A stretch of 64,000 bases of DNA from Rhizomicrobium sp. (GTDB lineage: Bacteria; Pseudomonadota; Alphaproteobacteria; Micropepsales; Micropepsaceae): the NCBI GenBank assembly GCA_036267165.1, contig DATAWO010000119.1, positions 29,584-93,583 on the forward strand, in the 5' to 3' direction. Each line of letters starts with the position of its first letter. Position 1 is the first letter of the stretch. The position numbers and the translations under genes are program-made. This document shows positions 32,371 to 42,029 of the stretch, piece after piece. Below the pieces are notes generated by a model. The model searched no databases and was not told the origin of the DNA. It worked only from the letters and a program-made list of their open reading frames with translations.

Positions 32371-33690
32371 CTAGCCGTTTTCCGCCAGCACTTTTCCGGC
32401 CAAGTATAACGATCCACAGATCAGGATGCGCGGCGGCGTCTCCTGGGCGTCCAGCCGCGTCCAGGCGGTGACCTGCAGCATGGCGTCGTCCAGATCTTCG
32501 GCCGGCGCGCTGTCCAGCCCGGCGCGGCGCGCCACGTCATAAAGCGCGCCGGCGCCCATGCTGCCCGCCTCGCCCGGGATCGCCACCGTCACCACATGCC
32601 GCGCCAGGCCATTGAAGGCGCGCAGATAGCCCAGCGCATCCTTGTTCGCCAGCATGCCGCAGATCAGGTAGAGCGGCCGCTCGCCATGCTCTTCCATGTC
32701 GGCCATGGCGCGCGACACCGCTTCGGCGCCATGCGGGTTGTGGCCCCCGTCCAGCCAGACCTCCGCACCCTTGGGCGCGGACTCCACCAATGGCCCCTTG
32801 TGCAGCCGCTGCAGCCGCGCCGGCCATTCCACGGTGGAAAGACCGCGTTCAATGGCGGTGTCCTGGCCCCAGCCATGGTTCGCATGGCGCAGGGCGGCGA
32901 TGGCGACGCCGGCATTCTCGATCTGGTGGCGGCCCACAAGCTTGGGCAGCGGCAGGTCAAGCAGCCCCGTCCCGTCCTCATAGACCATGCGGCCATGTTC
33001 CGGGCGGCTGGCAAAATCCTGCCCGAACTCGAACAGGGCCACGCCCAGCCGGTCCGCCTGGCGCAGGATGACATGGCGGGCGATCTCGTTCTGCGGCCCC
33101 ACCACCAGGGGCGAGCCCTTCTTGATGATGCCCGCCTTCTCGGCCGCGATGCCAGCCAGGTCGTCGCCCAGGAATTCCTTGTGATCCATGCCCACCGGCT
33201 GGATCACGGTCATGGCGGGGTTGGGCACCACATTGGTGGCGTCATAGGCGCCGCCCAGCCCCACTTCCAGCACCACCGCATCGGCGGGATAACGCGAAAA
33301 GGCCAGGAACATGGCGGCGGCGGTGATTTCGAAGAAGGTGATCTCGCGGCCCTGATTGACCTCTTCGACCTCCTCCAGCAGCGACACCAGCGCCTCTTCC
33401 GAAATCAACTTGCCGGCCAGACGGATGCGCTCATGGAAGCGCACCAGATGCGGCGAGGTATGGACATGCACCTTCAGCCCCTGCGCCTCCAGCATGGCGC
33501 GGGTGAAGGCGCAGGCCGATCCCTTGCCGTTGGTCCCGGCGACATGGATCACCGGCGGCAGCTTCAGGTGCGGATTGCCCAGCCCTGCCAACAGCCGGAG
33601 GATGCGGTCCAGCGCCAGGTCGATCTTCTTGGGATGCAGCGTCAGCAGGCGCTTGAGCACCGCGTCGCTGCGCGTGGTTTCCGACAGCAT
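32371..33690 (-). CDS. folC: Folylpolyglutamate synthase/dihydrofolate synthase
   Basis: HVAGTNGKGS, TSPHL, LEVGLGG, WPARL, LDGGHNP, CGSLYLAG. Confidence 0.97.
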   Translation of the reverse strand: MLSETTRSDAVLKRLLTLHPKKIDLALDRILRLLAGLGNPHLKLPPVIHVAGTNGKGSACAFTRAMLEAQGLKVHVHTSPHLVRFHERIRLAGKLISEEALVSLLEEVEEVNQGREITFFEITAAAMFLAFSRYPADAVVLEVGLGGAYDATNVVPNPAMTVIQPVGMDHKEFLGDDLAGIAAEKAGIIKKGSPLVVGPQNEIARHVILRQADRLGVALFEFGQDFASRPEHGRMVYEDGTGLLDLPLPKLVGRHQIENAGVAIAALRHANHGWGQDTAIERGLSTVEWPARLQRLHKGPLVESAPKGAEVWLDGGHNPHGAEAVSRAMADMEEHGERPLYLICGMLANKDALGYLRAFNGLARHVVTVAIPGEAGSMGAGALYDVARRAGLDSAPAEDLDDAMLQVTAWTRLDAQETPPRILICGSLYLAGKVLAENG

Positions 33691-33707
33691 TCAGGCCCAC
33701 TCAATAA

Positions 33708-34658
33708 TCAAGGAGTTGCGACGATGCCGCCATTGCCGGCGGCGGGACGCCGCGGCATGGACAGGATCTTGCTGCGCGGCTTTTCCTGCTTCATCAGCAT
33801 GTGCAGCACCCGCGACAGGGTGGCGCGCATTTCCTTTCTGTGCGTGACCATGTCCAGCATGCCGTGCTCCAGCAGATATTCGGCACGCTGGAAGCCCTCG
33901 GGCAGCTTTTCCCGGATGGTCTGGGCGATGACGCGGGCCCCGGTAAAGCCGATCTGGGCGCCCGGCTCGGCAATCTGGATGTCACCCAGCATGGCGTAGG
34001 AGGCGCTGACGCCGCCAAAGGTGGGATCGGTCAGCACCACGACGTAAGGAAGGCCCGCCTCGCGCAGCATGTCCACGCAGATGGTGGTGCGGGGCATCTG
34101 CATCAGGGACAGGATGCCTTCCTGCATGCGCGCGCCGCCGGAAGCGACATAGAGGATATAGGGACGCTTTTCCTTGATCGCCGCCTGCAGGCTTTCGGCC
34201 AGCGCCTCGCCCACCCCCATGCCCAGGCTCCCGCCCAGAAAGTCGAAGGGCTGCACCCCGATCATCACCGGCAGGGCGTCAATGCTGCCGCGCGCGGCGG
34301 TGAAGGCCTCGGGCCGCCCGGTCTTGGCGCGCGCCTGTTTGATCTCGTCGGAATATTTCTTCTCGCCCTTGAAGCGCAGCGGGTCGGCCGGAACCGAGGG
34401 CGGCACCAGCTCGGTGAAGCTGCCGGGATCGAAGGTATAGGCGAAACGTTCGGCCGGGCCGATGCGCATATGGTGATCGCAATTGGGGCAGACATTGAGA
34501 TTGGCCACCAGGTCGCGATGGAAAATCATCTCGCCGCAGGACGGGCACTTCTTCCAGAGATTTTCCGGGGTGTCGCCGCCCCGGCCGCCGTTGCCGCCCT
34601 TGCCACCGCCCATCATCTTCTTGATGCGGGGTGGAACGATATTGGTGATCCAGTTCAT
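33708..34658 (-). CDS. accD: Acetyl-CoA carboxylase carboxyltransferase beta subunit
   Basis: C4 zinc finger, GGSLG, SGGARMQEG, LPEGFQRAEYLLEHG. Confidence 0.97.
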   Translation of the reverse strand: MNWITNIVPPRIKKMMGGGKGGNGGRGGDTPENLWKKCPSCGEMIFHRDLVANLNVCPNCDHHMRIGPAERFAYTFDPGSFTELVPPSVPADPLRFKGEKKYSDEIKQARAKTGRPEAFTAARGSIDALPVMIGVQPFDFLGGSLGMGVGEALAESLQAAIKEKRPYILYVASGGARMQEGILSLMQMPRTTICVDMLREAGLPYVVVLTDPTFGGVSASYAMLGDIQIAEPGAQIGFTGARVIAQTIREKLPEGFQRAEYLLEHGMLDMVTHRKEMRATLSRVLHMLMKQEKPRSKILSMPRRPAAGNGGIVATP

Positions 34659-35485
34659 GCCGGCACCTTACCATGACGCGCCGCGTGGGTGGAACCGGCG
34701 AGCTTCTTGGCCAGTTCCAGGACTTCGGCGATGATTCGGTCCCTGCCCTCGTGCAGATGATTCGCGACCTGGCTGACGATGGCCGAACCCACCACCACCC
34801 CATCGGCGACCCGGGCCACGGCGGCGGCCTGCTCCGGCGAGCGGATGCCGAAGCCCACCGCGCAGGGCAGATCGGTGGCGGCCTTGACGCGCGCGAGGGC
34901 CGCGCGGACCTCTTCCTCGGGCACCGCCTTGGTGCCGGTGACGCCCGCCACCGAGACATAATAAAGATAGCCGGATGCTTCGCCGACGATGCGCTTCAGC
35001 CGGGCATCGTCGGTCGTCGGCGTGATGAAGCGCACCAGATCCGCGCCCTGGGCCAGGGCCGGCACCCGCAGCACTTCATCTTCTTCCACCGGCAGATCGA
35101 CCACGATCAGCCCGTCCACGCCGGCTGCCGCCGCATCCCTGGCGAAGAGCGCGGTGCCATAGGCATGGATGGGATTGTAGTAGCCCATCAGCACCAGCGG
35201 CGTGTTCCTGTCTGTCTTGCGGAACTTCTCCACCATCTTGAGCACCTTGGCCATGTTGGCGCCGGCTTTGAGCGCGCGCACCGACGAGGCCTGCACCACC
35301 GGGCCATCCGCCATCGGATCGCTGAAGGGCATGCCCAGCTCGATCACATCGGCGCCCGCGGCCGGCAGCTTCTCCAGGATGGCGAAACTGGTTTCCATAT
35401 CGGGATCGCCCGCGGTGATGAAGGGGACGAAGGCGGCGCGGCCTTCCTTCTTCACGGCGGCGAATTTCGCGGCCAACCTGCTCAT
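34655..35485 (-). CDS. trpA: Tryptophan synthase alpha chain
   Basis: ELGMPFSDPMADGP, LMGYYNP, GVTG, VGFGI. Confidence 0.98.
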   Translation of the reverse strand: MSRLAAKFAAVKKEGRAAFVPFITAGDPDMETSFAILEKLPAAGADVIELGMPFSDPMADGPVVQASSVRALKAGANMAKVLKMVEKFRKTDRNTPLVLMGYYNPIHAYGTALFARDAAAAGVDGLIVVDLPVEEDEVLRVPALAQGADLVRFITPTTDDARLKRIVGEASGYLYYVSVAGVTGTKAVPEEEVRAALARVKAATDLPCAVGFGIRSPEQAAAVARVADGVVVGSAIVSQVANHLHEGRDRIIAEVLELAKKLAGSTHAARHGKVPA

Positions 35486-35498
35486 GACAAAATCCGGC

Positions 35499-36713
35499 TC
35501 ATATTTTTTCACCAAGCGCATGGGCGACCGAGAAAATATCCTTGTCGCCGCGGCCCGACAGGCAGACGGCGATGGTCTGACCAGGTGTCATCTGCGGCGA
35601 CACCTTCACCACATGGGCGATGGCGTGCGCCGATTCCAGCGCCGGGATGATGCCCTCCAGCTTGGACAGCAGCATGAAGGCGTCCAGCGCCTCCCTGTCG
35701 GTGATGGAGAAATACTTCACCCGGCCCATATCCTTCAGCCAGCTGTGCTCCGGTCCCACGCCCGGATAGTCCAGGCCCGCCGAAATGGAGTGCGCCTCCA
35801 GAATCTGGCCGTCATGGTCCTGCAGCAGATAGGACCGCGCGCCGTGCAGCACCCCGGGCGTGCCCTTGGAAATGGTGGCGGCATGGCGCGGCGTGTTCAC
35901 GCCATCACCGGCCGCTTCCACGCCATGGATCTCCACGCCCGCGTCATCCAGGAAGGGATGGAACATGCCCGCGGCGTTGGAGCCGCCGCCGACGCAGGCC
36001 ACCACCAGGTCCGGCAGGCGCTTTTCCCGTTCCAGCATCTGGGCGCGGGCTTCGTTGCCGATCACGGTCTGGAAATCGCGCACCATGGCGGGATAGGGAT
36101 GCGGCCCGACCACCGAACCGATGATGTAGAAGGTGTCATGCACATTGGCGACCCAGTCGCGCAGCGCTTCGTTGGTTGCGTCCTTGAGCGTGCGTGAGCC
36201 TGACGAAACGCCCCGCACTTCCGTGCCCAGCAGGCGCATGCGGAAGACATTGGGCTTCTGCCGCTCCATGTCCACCTCGCCCATATAGACCGTGCAGGGC
36301 AGCCCGAAGCGCGCCGCCACCGTGGCGGTGGCCACGCCATGCTGGCCCGCGCCGGTTTCGGCGATGATGCGGGTCTTGCCCATGCGCCGGGCGAGCAATA
36401 TCTGGCCCAGGCAATTGTTGATCTTGTGCGCGCCGGTATGGTTGAGGTCTTCGCGCTTCAGATAGATTTTCGGGCCCGCCAGATGCCGGGTCAGCCGCTC
36501 GGCGAAATAGAGCGGGCTTTCGCGGCCCACATAATGGGTGAGCAGGCCCGACAGTTCGGCCTGGAACGCCGGATCCTTTTTCGCCGCCTCATACGCCTGC
36601 TCCAGCGACAGCACCAAGGGCATCAGGGTCTCGGCGACAAAGCGGCCGCCATAGGCGCCGAAATGACCGCCCGCGTCGGGGCCGCTGCGAAGGGAATTGG
36701 CAATCTGGTTCAT
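35499..36713 (-). CDS. trpB: Tryptophan synthase beta chain
   Basis: [41 protein letters not shown]. Confidence 0.99.
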   Translation of the reverse strand: MNQIANSLRSGPDAGGHFGAYGGRFVAETLMPLVLSLEQAYEAAKKDPAFQAELSGLLTHYVGRESPLYFAERLTRHLAGPKIYLKREDLNHTGAHKINNCLGQILLARRMGKTRIIAETGAGQHGVATATVAARFGLPCTVYMGEVDMERQKPNVFRMRLLGTEVRGVSSGSRTLKDATNEALRDWVANVHDTFYIIGSVVGPHPYPAMVRDFQTVIGNEARAQMLEREKRLPDLVVACVGGGSNAAGMFHPFLDDAGVEIHGVEAAGDGVNTPRHAATISKGTPGVLHGARSYLLQDHDGQILEAHSISAGLDYPGVGPEHSWLKDMGRVKYFSITDREALDAFMLLSKLEGIIPALESAHAIAHVVKVSPQMTPGQTIAVCLSGRGDKDIFSVAHALGEKI

Positions 36714-37375
36714 GCGCTTTGCTTGGCGATAGAGGCGGAAAACCGCGTGGCATTGATGAAGGCAACAATGCGCGCGGCATCCTTCACACCGGCCGCGCTT
36801 TCCACGCCCGAGGACACATCCACCAGCTCCGCGCCCGACAGCGCGATGGCGCGCGCCACATTCTCCGGGTCAAGTCCGCCGGCAAGGAACCAGGGCTTGC
36901 GGAAAGACCGGCCGGTGAGAAGTTTCCAGTCAAAGGCCGCGCCATGGCCGCCGGGGCGCTGCGCGCCTTTGGGTGGCCTCGCATCAAACATCAGCATGTC
37001 GGCGACTTTTTCATAATCCACCGCCACCGCAAGATCGGACGCCTCGGCCACCGGCAGCGCCTTGATCACGGGCAGGCCAAAGCGCGCCCGGATATCCACC
37101 GTGCGCTGGACGGTCTCGCGACCATGCAGTTGCAGGAAATCGGGCGCGACCGCCTTCACCAGCGCCGCGATCCCCGCATCATCCATGTCGGTGATCAGGG
37201 CCACGCTTTTCAGCCGCCCGCGCATGTGACCGGCCAGCGCGCGCGCCTGATCCAGCGCGACAAAGCGCGGCGACCTGGGATGGAAGACCAGCCCGCCATA
37301 AACGGCGCCCGCGCCCGCCGCCGCGTCAATCGCGTCGGGGCTGGCGAGGCCACAGATTTTCACCGCTACGGTCAT
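36710..37375 (-). CDS. trpF: Phosphoribosylanthranilate isomerase
   Basis: VKICGL, SPR, QLHG.E, LAGGL, DVSSGVE. Confidence 0.96.
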   Translation of the reverse strand: MTVAVKICGLASPDAIDAAAGAGAVYGGLVFHPRSPRFVALDQARALAGHMRGRLKSVALITDMDDAGIAALVKAVAPDFLQLHGRETVQRTVDIRARFGLPVIKALPVAEASDLAVAVDYEKVADMLMFDARPPKGAQRPGGHGAAFDWKLLTGRSFRKPWFLAGGLDPENVARAIALSGAELVDVSSGVESAAGVKDAARIVAFINATRFSASIAKQSA

Positions 37376-37432
37376 GGGCTGGGCTGTATGGCCCCCTGCC
37401 TTGCGGAAATCAAGCAAAGCCGGGAACAGGCA

Positions 37433-38149
37433 CTAAGAAGCTGTAATACCTAGGATTTTTGTAATATCTCTGGCCGCCAGCGCGGGATCCGGAGCGCCCG
37501 TGATGGGCCTGCCGATCACCAGGATATCGGCGCCGGAGCCCAGCGCCTCGGCCGGCCCCATCACCCGCCGCTGGTCTGCCACCGCGGAGCCCGCCGGCCG
37601 GATGCCCGGCACCACCAGCAGGAAATCCGGTCCCAGCTCAAGGCGCAACCGGGCAATTTCATGCGCCGAACAGACCACGCCATCCAGCCCGCATTGCTGC
37701 GCCAGCGAGGCAAGCCGCAGCACCTGATCGCCTACCGGCGGCGTCAGGCCCACGGACGGCAAGTCTTCGTCCGACAGGCTGGTCAGCATGGTGACGGCGA
37801 TCACCCTGGTGGAAGGCGACACGCTGCGCGCCGCCTCGACCGCCGCGCGCATCATCGCCGCCCCACCCTGGGCATGGACATTCATGATGGAAACACCCAG
37901 CGCCGCAGCCGCCCGGCAGGCGCCCGCCACGGTGTTGGGAATGTCGTGAAACTTCAGGTCCAGGAAGATCGGCAGGCCACAGCCTTCAAAGCCGCGCACC
38001 CCTTGGGCGCCATGGGCGCTGAAGAATTCCAGCCCCAGCTTCAGTCCGCCGACATGTCCGCGCACACGCTCCGCAAGCCTGCGGGCATAGTCGAGATCGG
38101 TGGTATCGAGAGCGACAAATATTGGATTGGAAGTGCGGGCCGGATTCAC
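37433..38149 (-). CDS. pyrF: Orotidine-5'-phosphate decarboxylase
   Basis: [29 protein letters not shown]. Confidence 0.97.
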   Translation of the reverse strand: MNPARTSNPIFVALDTTDLDYARRLAERVRGHVGGLKLGLEFFSAHGAQGVRGFEGCGLPIFLDLKFHDIPNTVAGACRAAAALGVSIMNVHAQGGAAMMRAAVEAARSVSPSTRVIAVTMLTSLSDEDLPSVGLTPPVGDQVLRLASLAQQCGLDGVVCSAHEIARLRLELGPDFLLVVPGIRPAGSAVADQRRVMGPAEALGSGADILVIGRPITGAPDPALAARDITKILGITAS

Positions 38150-38439
38150 GGCTCCGGCGTACCGCCATTCAGCCGTTCACGCAATTCCTTGCCGGTGCGG
38201 AAGAAGGGCGCACGCTTCTGGCCCACGGAAACCGGCTCGCCGGTGCGCGGATTGCGGCCCATGCGCGAGGGACGCACCTTGACGCTGAAGGCGCCAAAAC
38301 CACGCAACTCGACGCGATGGCCATCTGCCAGCGCTTTGCTGATGGAATCCAGAACCGTCGTCACGATGCGTTCCACATCGCGGTGGTAGAGGTGCGGATA
38401 GCGGGCCGTCAGGCGCGCAACCAATTCAGATTTGATCAT
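38146..38439 (-). CDS. ihfB: Integration host factor beta subunit
   Basis: [37 protein letters not shown]. Confidence 0.96.
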   Translation of the reverse strand: MIKSELVARLTARYPHLYHRDVERIVTTVLDSISKALADGHRVELRGFGAFSVKVRPSRMGRNPRTGEPVSVGQKRAPFFRTGKELRERLNGGTPEP

Positions 38440-38679
38440 CCCCAGGCCCCTTCAGGGACAGTGCCCGCGATGGAGTCGCGATGCTGGAGATAATCTTCCA
38501 GTTAAGTTCCCGGGCGTCAACGGGAAGCATCTGAAAAGTCAGACTTTTTTCGATTAAGGGGGAATTTTTGGTCCGTGGGCGATGTATTTTGGCCTGGTTC
38601 CGCCCCATCCCGGGCTGCTTGCACAGTCCTGCCGCCCCATGGAAAGTCCTCTCAAGCAATAAAGACAAAGGGGTGGGAC

Positions 38680-40017
38680 ATGAGAATCCGTCATTTTGGC
38701 TGGAATTTGGCCCTGGCTGGGGCCCTGATTCTGGGAGCAAGCGCATATATCCCCGAAGTGATGGCCGCACCGGCGGCGAAGGAAAGCTGGATCGGCGCCT
38801 GGGGCTTTGTCCCCATTCCGCTGCCACCGGGGGCTCCATTCCAGCCCGTCGCAAATCCGTCCGTGATCCCCCTGGCTGGCGGCCAGGCGATGCCGGTCAC
38901 CCCGCCCCCGTCCACGCCGCCCCTGCTCGACAATCCCGGCAATGTGCCGGTGGTGATACCCGACAGCGATCCCTCCAACATCACCATCCGCCAGCTGGTG
39001 CGGGTGGCGGTGGCGGGCAAGCGCATTCGCCTGCGCCTTTCCAATGAAGACGGCAGCGAGGCCCTGACCTTGGGCGCGGTGCATGTGGGCGCGGCCGGTC
39101 CCGACGGCAGCCTGATCGCCGGCAGCGACCATATCGTCACTTTCGACGGCAAGAACGGCATCACCGTTCCCGCCAGCGCACCGCTATTGTCGGATCCGAT
39201 CGACCTGAAAGTGGAGGCGCTGGGGAAGCTTGTGATCTCGGTGCACATACCGGGGCCCTTTTCGCGCATCGGCCACGGCCTGTTCCAGTATGTCGCCGGC
39301 GTTCCGGGCGATCACACCGCGGCCGCCAGCCTGCCGGGCCAGCGTTTGATGCGCCTGCCGGCCCTGGTGACCGAAGTGGATGTCGATCCGGTGAGCGCCG
39401 ATGGCGTGATCGTGACCTTGGGCGATTCCATCACCGAAGGCGCGCTTTCCACCGCCAATGCCTTCCGCGGCTGGCCCGACCGGCTGGCCGAACGGCTGGC
39501 GGCCGCACATTCCAAATGGTCGGTGGTCAATACCGGCATCGGCGGCAACCGCCTGTTGCGCTATGGCGCCGGCCCCAGCGCGCTGGCCCGGCTGGACCGC
39601 GACGTGCTGAGCGTGCCCGGCGTCAAGGCCGTCATCCTGCTGGAAGGCATCAATGACATCGGCCGCGGCTTCTTCCCGCCTACCGAGCCGGTGACGGCCG
39701 ACGCGCTGATCGCCGCCGACAAGCAGATCATCGAACGCGCCCATGCCAGGGGCATCAAGGTCTATGGCGCGACGCTGACGCCTTACAAGGGCGCGCATTA
39801 CTACATGCCAGACGGCGAGAAAGTGCGTGAGGCGGTGAATGCCTGGATCAAGACCGGCGGCGCCTTTGACGGCGTGGTGGATTTCGCCCCGTCCGTCGCC
39901 GACAGGTCCGATCCCACCACTTTCGATCCGAACTTCAATCTCAATGACAAATTGCATCCCAATGATGCCGGCTATCAGGCCATGGCCAATGTCATTGACC
40001 TCAACCTCTTCAAATAG
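38680..40017 (+). CDS. Secreted SGNH/GDSL hydrolase
   Basis: Signal peptide; GDSIT, GIGGN, EGIND and D.LHPN blocks. Confidence 0.9.
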   Translation: MRIRHFGWNLALAGALILGASAYIPEVMAAPAAKESWIGAWGFVPIPLPPGAPFQPVANPSVIPLAGGQAMPVTPPPSTPPLLDNPGNVPVVIPDSDPSNITIRQLVRVAVAGKRIRLRLSNEDGSEALTLGAVHVGAAGPDGSLIAGSDHIVTFDGKNGITVPASAPLLSDPIDLKVEALGKLVISVHIPGPFSRIGHGLFQYVAGVPGDHTAAASLPGQRLMRLPALVTEVDVDPVSADGVIVTLGDSITEGALSTANAFRGWPDRLAERLAAAHSKWSVVNTGIGGNRLLRYGAGPSALARLDRDVLSVPGVKAVILLEGINDIGRGFFPPTEPVTADALIAADKQIIERAHARGIKVYGATLTPYKGAHYYMPDGEKVREAVNAWIKTGGAFDGVVDFAPSVADRSDPTTFDPNFNLNDKLHPNDAGYQAMANVIDLNLFK

Positions 40018-40030
40018 GCCTTAAAGCGCC

Positions 40031-40597
40031 ATGTCCGATCCCGCGCTGGAAGCGCATGAACATGCCGAACATGCCGAGCATGCGGCGCATGAGAAAGACC
40101 CCTTTGTCAGCCGTGTTTCCATCACCGTCGCCGTGCTGGCGGTGATGGCGGCGGCGGCGGGCTCGCTGGAGACGGTGGAAGGCGGCCGCGCCATCACCGA
40201 GTCCAGCGCGGCGGTGCTTGCCCAGGACAAGGCCACCGACAGCTGGAACGAATATCAGGCCGACAGCCTCAAGCGGCATATCTACGAGATCGCCTCCGCC
40301 GCGGGCGGCGCCAAGGCGGAGGAATATGCCAAGGAAATCGGCAAGGACCGCGACGGCCAGGACAAGGCCCACGACAAGGCGCAGGACGCGGAAAAAGACC
40401 GCGACGCCCGCTTGCGGGAAAGCGCGATGCACGAGCAGCGGCACCACTGGCTGACCGGCGCCGCCACCCTGATCGAGATCGGCATCGCGCTGTCCACCAT
40501 GGCGATCATCACCTCCAAGCGGCCGTTCTGGTTTTCGGCGATGGGGCTTGGCGCGGTTGGTGCGGTTTTGTTCGCCGTCGCCTATCTGGCGAATTGA
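40031..40597 (+). CDS. DUF4337-like membrane protein
   Basis: His/Glu-rich N-terminus, VSITVAVLAV, ATDSWNEYQA.SLK, two C-terminal TM helices. Confidence 0.75.
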   Translation: MSDPALEAHEHAEHAEHAAHEKDPFVSRVSITVAVLAVMAAAAGSLETVEGGRAITESSAAVLAQDKATDSWNEYQADSLKRHIYEIASAAGGAKAEEYAKEIGKDRDGQDKAHDKAQDAEKDRDARLRESAMHEQRHHWLTGAATLIEIGIALSTMAIITSKRPFWFSAMGLGAVGAVLFAVAYLAN

Positions 40598-40600
40598 CAG

Positions 40601-40837
40601 ATGCGGCCCCGGGACCTTTTCGGCGTGGCGTTGCGCGTGCTGGGCGTCTGGTTTGTCTACAACGCCTGCTATGCCGGTTTTTTCCTTGGCATGAAGGAAG
40701 CCAACCTGCCGCTGAACTCCCAGGTCTCCATGACCCAGGACAAGCTTCTCGTCGGCTTCTACCTGGCGCTGGCCTTTGTGCTGCTGGCGCTGGCGGACAG
40801 GATCGTGGCGCTCTGCTACGGACCTGACAGAAGCTAG
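40601..40837 (+). CDS. Small hypothetical membrane protein (2 TM)
   Basis: 78-aa ORF starting 3 nt after the upstream stop; two hydrophobic helices. Confidence 0.7.
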   Translation: MRPRDLFGVALRVLGVWFVYNACYAGFFLGMKEANLPLNSQVSMTQDKLLVGFYLALAFVLLALADRIVALCYGPDRS

Positions 40838-41271
40838 GCGGCTTTCTCTGCCAGTTCGCCCTGCTGCATCAGCACGCTGGCGGTGTCGAACAGGCATTGA
40901 TGCTCGACGATCCTGCCATCCTTCACGGTCCAGCCGATGAAGAGGTCGAACTGGACATAGCGGCCGCTGGGCTGATGCAGCGCTTCGGTCTCGAACAGGC
41001 CCCAGACCCGCTCACCCTGGGCGGTTACGGTCCTGGGATTGATGCGCGTCACGTGATAGCGGGAAAAAAGCAGCGCGCTGTATTCGCGCACGCCGGCCAC
41101 GCCGCGATGGATGCCGCCGAAACGGAAGAACTGCGGCGGCGCCGTCGCCTTCCACACCACCTCGGGACTGAGCGCCTCGAACAGCGGCTCAAGGTTGCCG
41201 TCTTTCAATGCGGCAAAGACGGCCAGTATCAGGGCCTTGTTGGATTGTTCCTGTGTCATCAGACGATTCAT
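40834..41271 (-). CDS. NTF2/SnoaL-like family protein
   Basis: NKALI...F.A...G.L..L...LSPEVVW, GG.HRG..GV, WTVKDGRIV..Q...DTA. Confidence 0.85.
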   Translation of the reverse strand: MNRLMTQEQSNKALILAVFAALKDGNLEPLFEALSPEVVWKATAPPQFFRFGGIHRGVAGVREYSALLFSRYHVTRINPRTVTAQGERVWGLFETEALHQPSGRYVQFDLFIGWTVKDGRIVEHQCLFDTASVLMQQGELAEKAA

Positions 41272-41471
41272 GCCTCACATGGGCCAAGCGGATAATGCCG
41301 GCCGGGAAAAGGGAAATGCTGAGCGAAATATCTAGCAGCCTGCGCGCGAATCGCCCTCGCAGACGCGATGAAAACGGGTGGTGGCTACAGGCGCGCAAAG
41401 CCCAAGTCAATGTATGGCAGTCGCCCGATTGTTGCATGGCGGTGACATATCAGCAGCCATGCTGGAAATTG

Positions 41472-41496
41472 GAAACCGCTCAAAGGGAACCACATT
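41472..41496 (+). promoter_or_regulatory. ECF (EcfG/SigT-like) promoter candidate GAAAC-N9-GGAACC-A-CATT
   Basis: The same motif and spacing occur upstream of the paralogue (49958-49982); resembles GGAAC-N16-CGTT. Confidence 0.55.
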
Positions 41497-41532
41497 TCCT
41501 GTTTGAGACAAAATTTCCAAGGCGGGCGCAGA

Positions 41533-41889
41533 ATGTCCCTTGCACAACGTGTAAGCGAAGTTCCGGATGCTTACGAACACGGCAACCTTTCGACGGCACG
41601 GCTGCTTGCGGACGCCGGCTATCTGGAGACGCCGCAATCGCTCACGGTCGGCGATGTGGAAGCGGCGCTGGAGGAAGATCCCAACCTGGCCGAATTGTGG
41701 CTGGAAAGAGGCCGGGATCAGCGGCTGGCCGGCGGCTGGGGTATCGAGCAGACCCTCGACCATTACCGGGTGCAGAACTATTCCAGCGGGCAATATCTCG
41801 TGGAGCGGGACAGGCTCCATGCCTGCGCCGAGTTCATTGTCCGCTATGTCGGCTTTATCCATGCGGTTGTGAGGCGGTACGCGCGCTAG
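41533..41889 (+). CDS. Hypothetical protein (paralogue of 49477-49923)
   Basis: Shares STARLL..GYL..PQ.LTV.DVE.AL...P.LA..WLERGRDQRL.GGW.IE....YRVQ.Y..G...E...LHA.AEFIVRYV.FI with its paralogue. Confidence 0.8.
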   Translation: MSLAQRVSEVPDAYEHGNLSTARLLADAGYLETPQSLTVGDVEAALEEDPNLAELWLERGRDQRLAGGWGIEQTLDHYRVQNYSSGQYLVERDRLHACAEFIVRYVGFIHAVVRRYAR

Positions 41890-42029
41890 GCGGCCGGCAT
41901 TGGCGAAATTTCGGACGCTGCCGCGCCGCAGCATGGCGATTGCGACACATTGATGCGAAGCCGAACTTGCCGTCGGCCCCCCGTCCACTTACCGTCCAGC
42001 CACTTCAGGGGCGTAAAGGGACAATCAGA

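Noticed and set aside
41208-42029. 274-aa N-terminal extension of the PQQ dehydrogenase in the ORF track
   Set aside because: The true start is 42030 (AAGGG RBS, Tat signal); the extension overlaps the real gene at 41533-41889.
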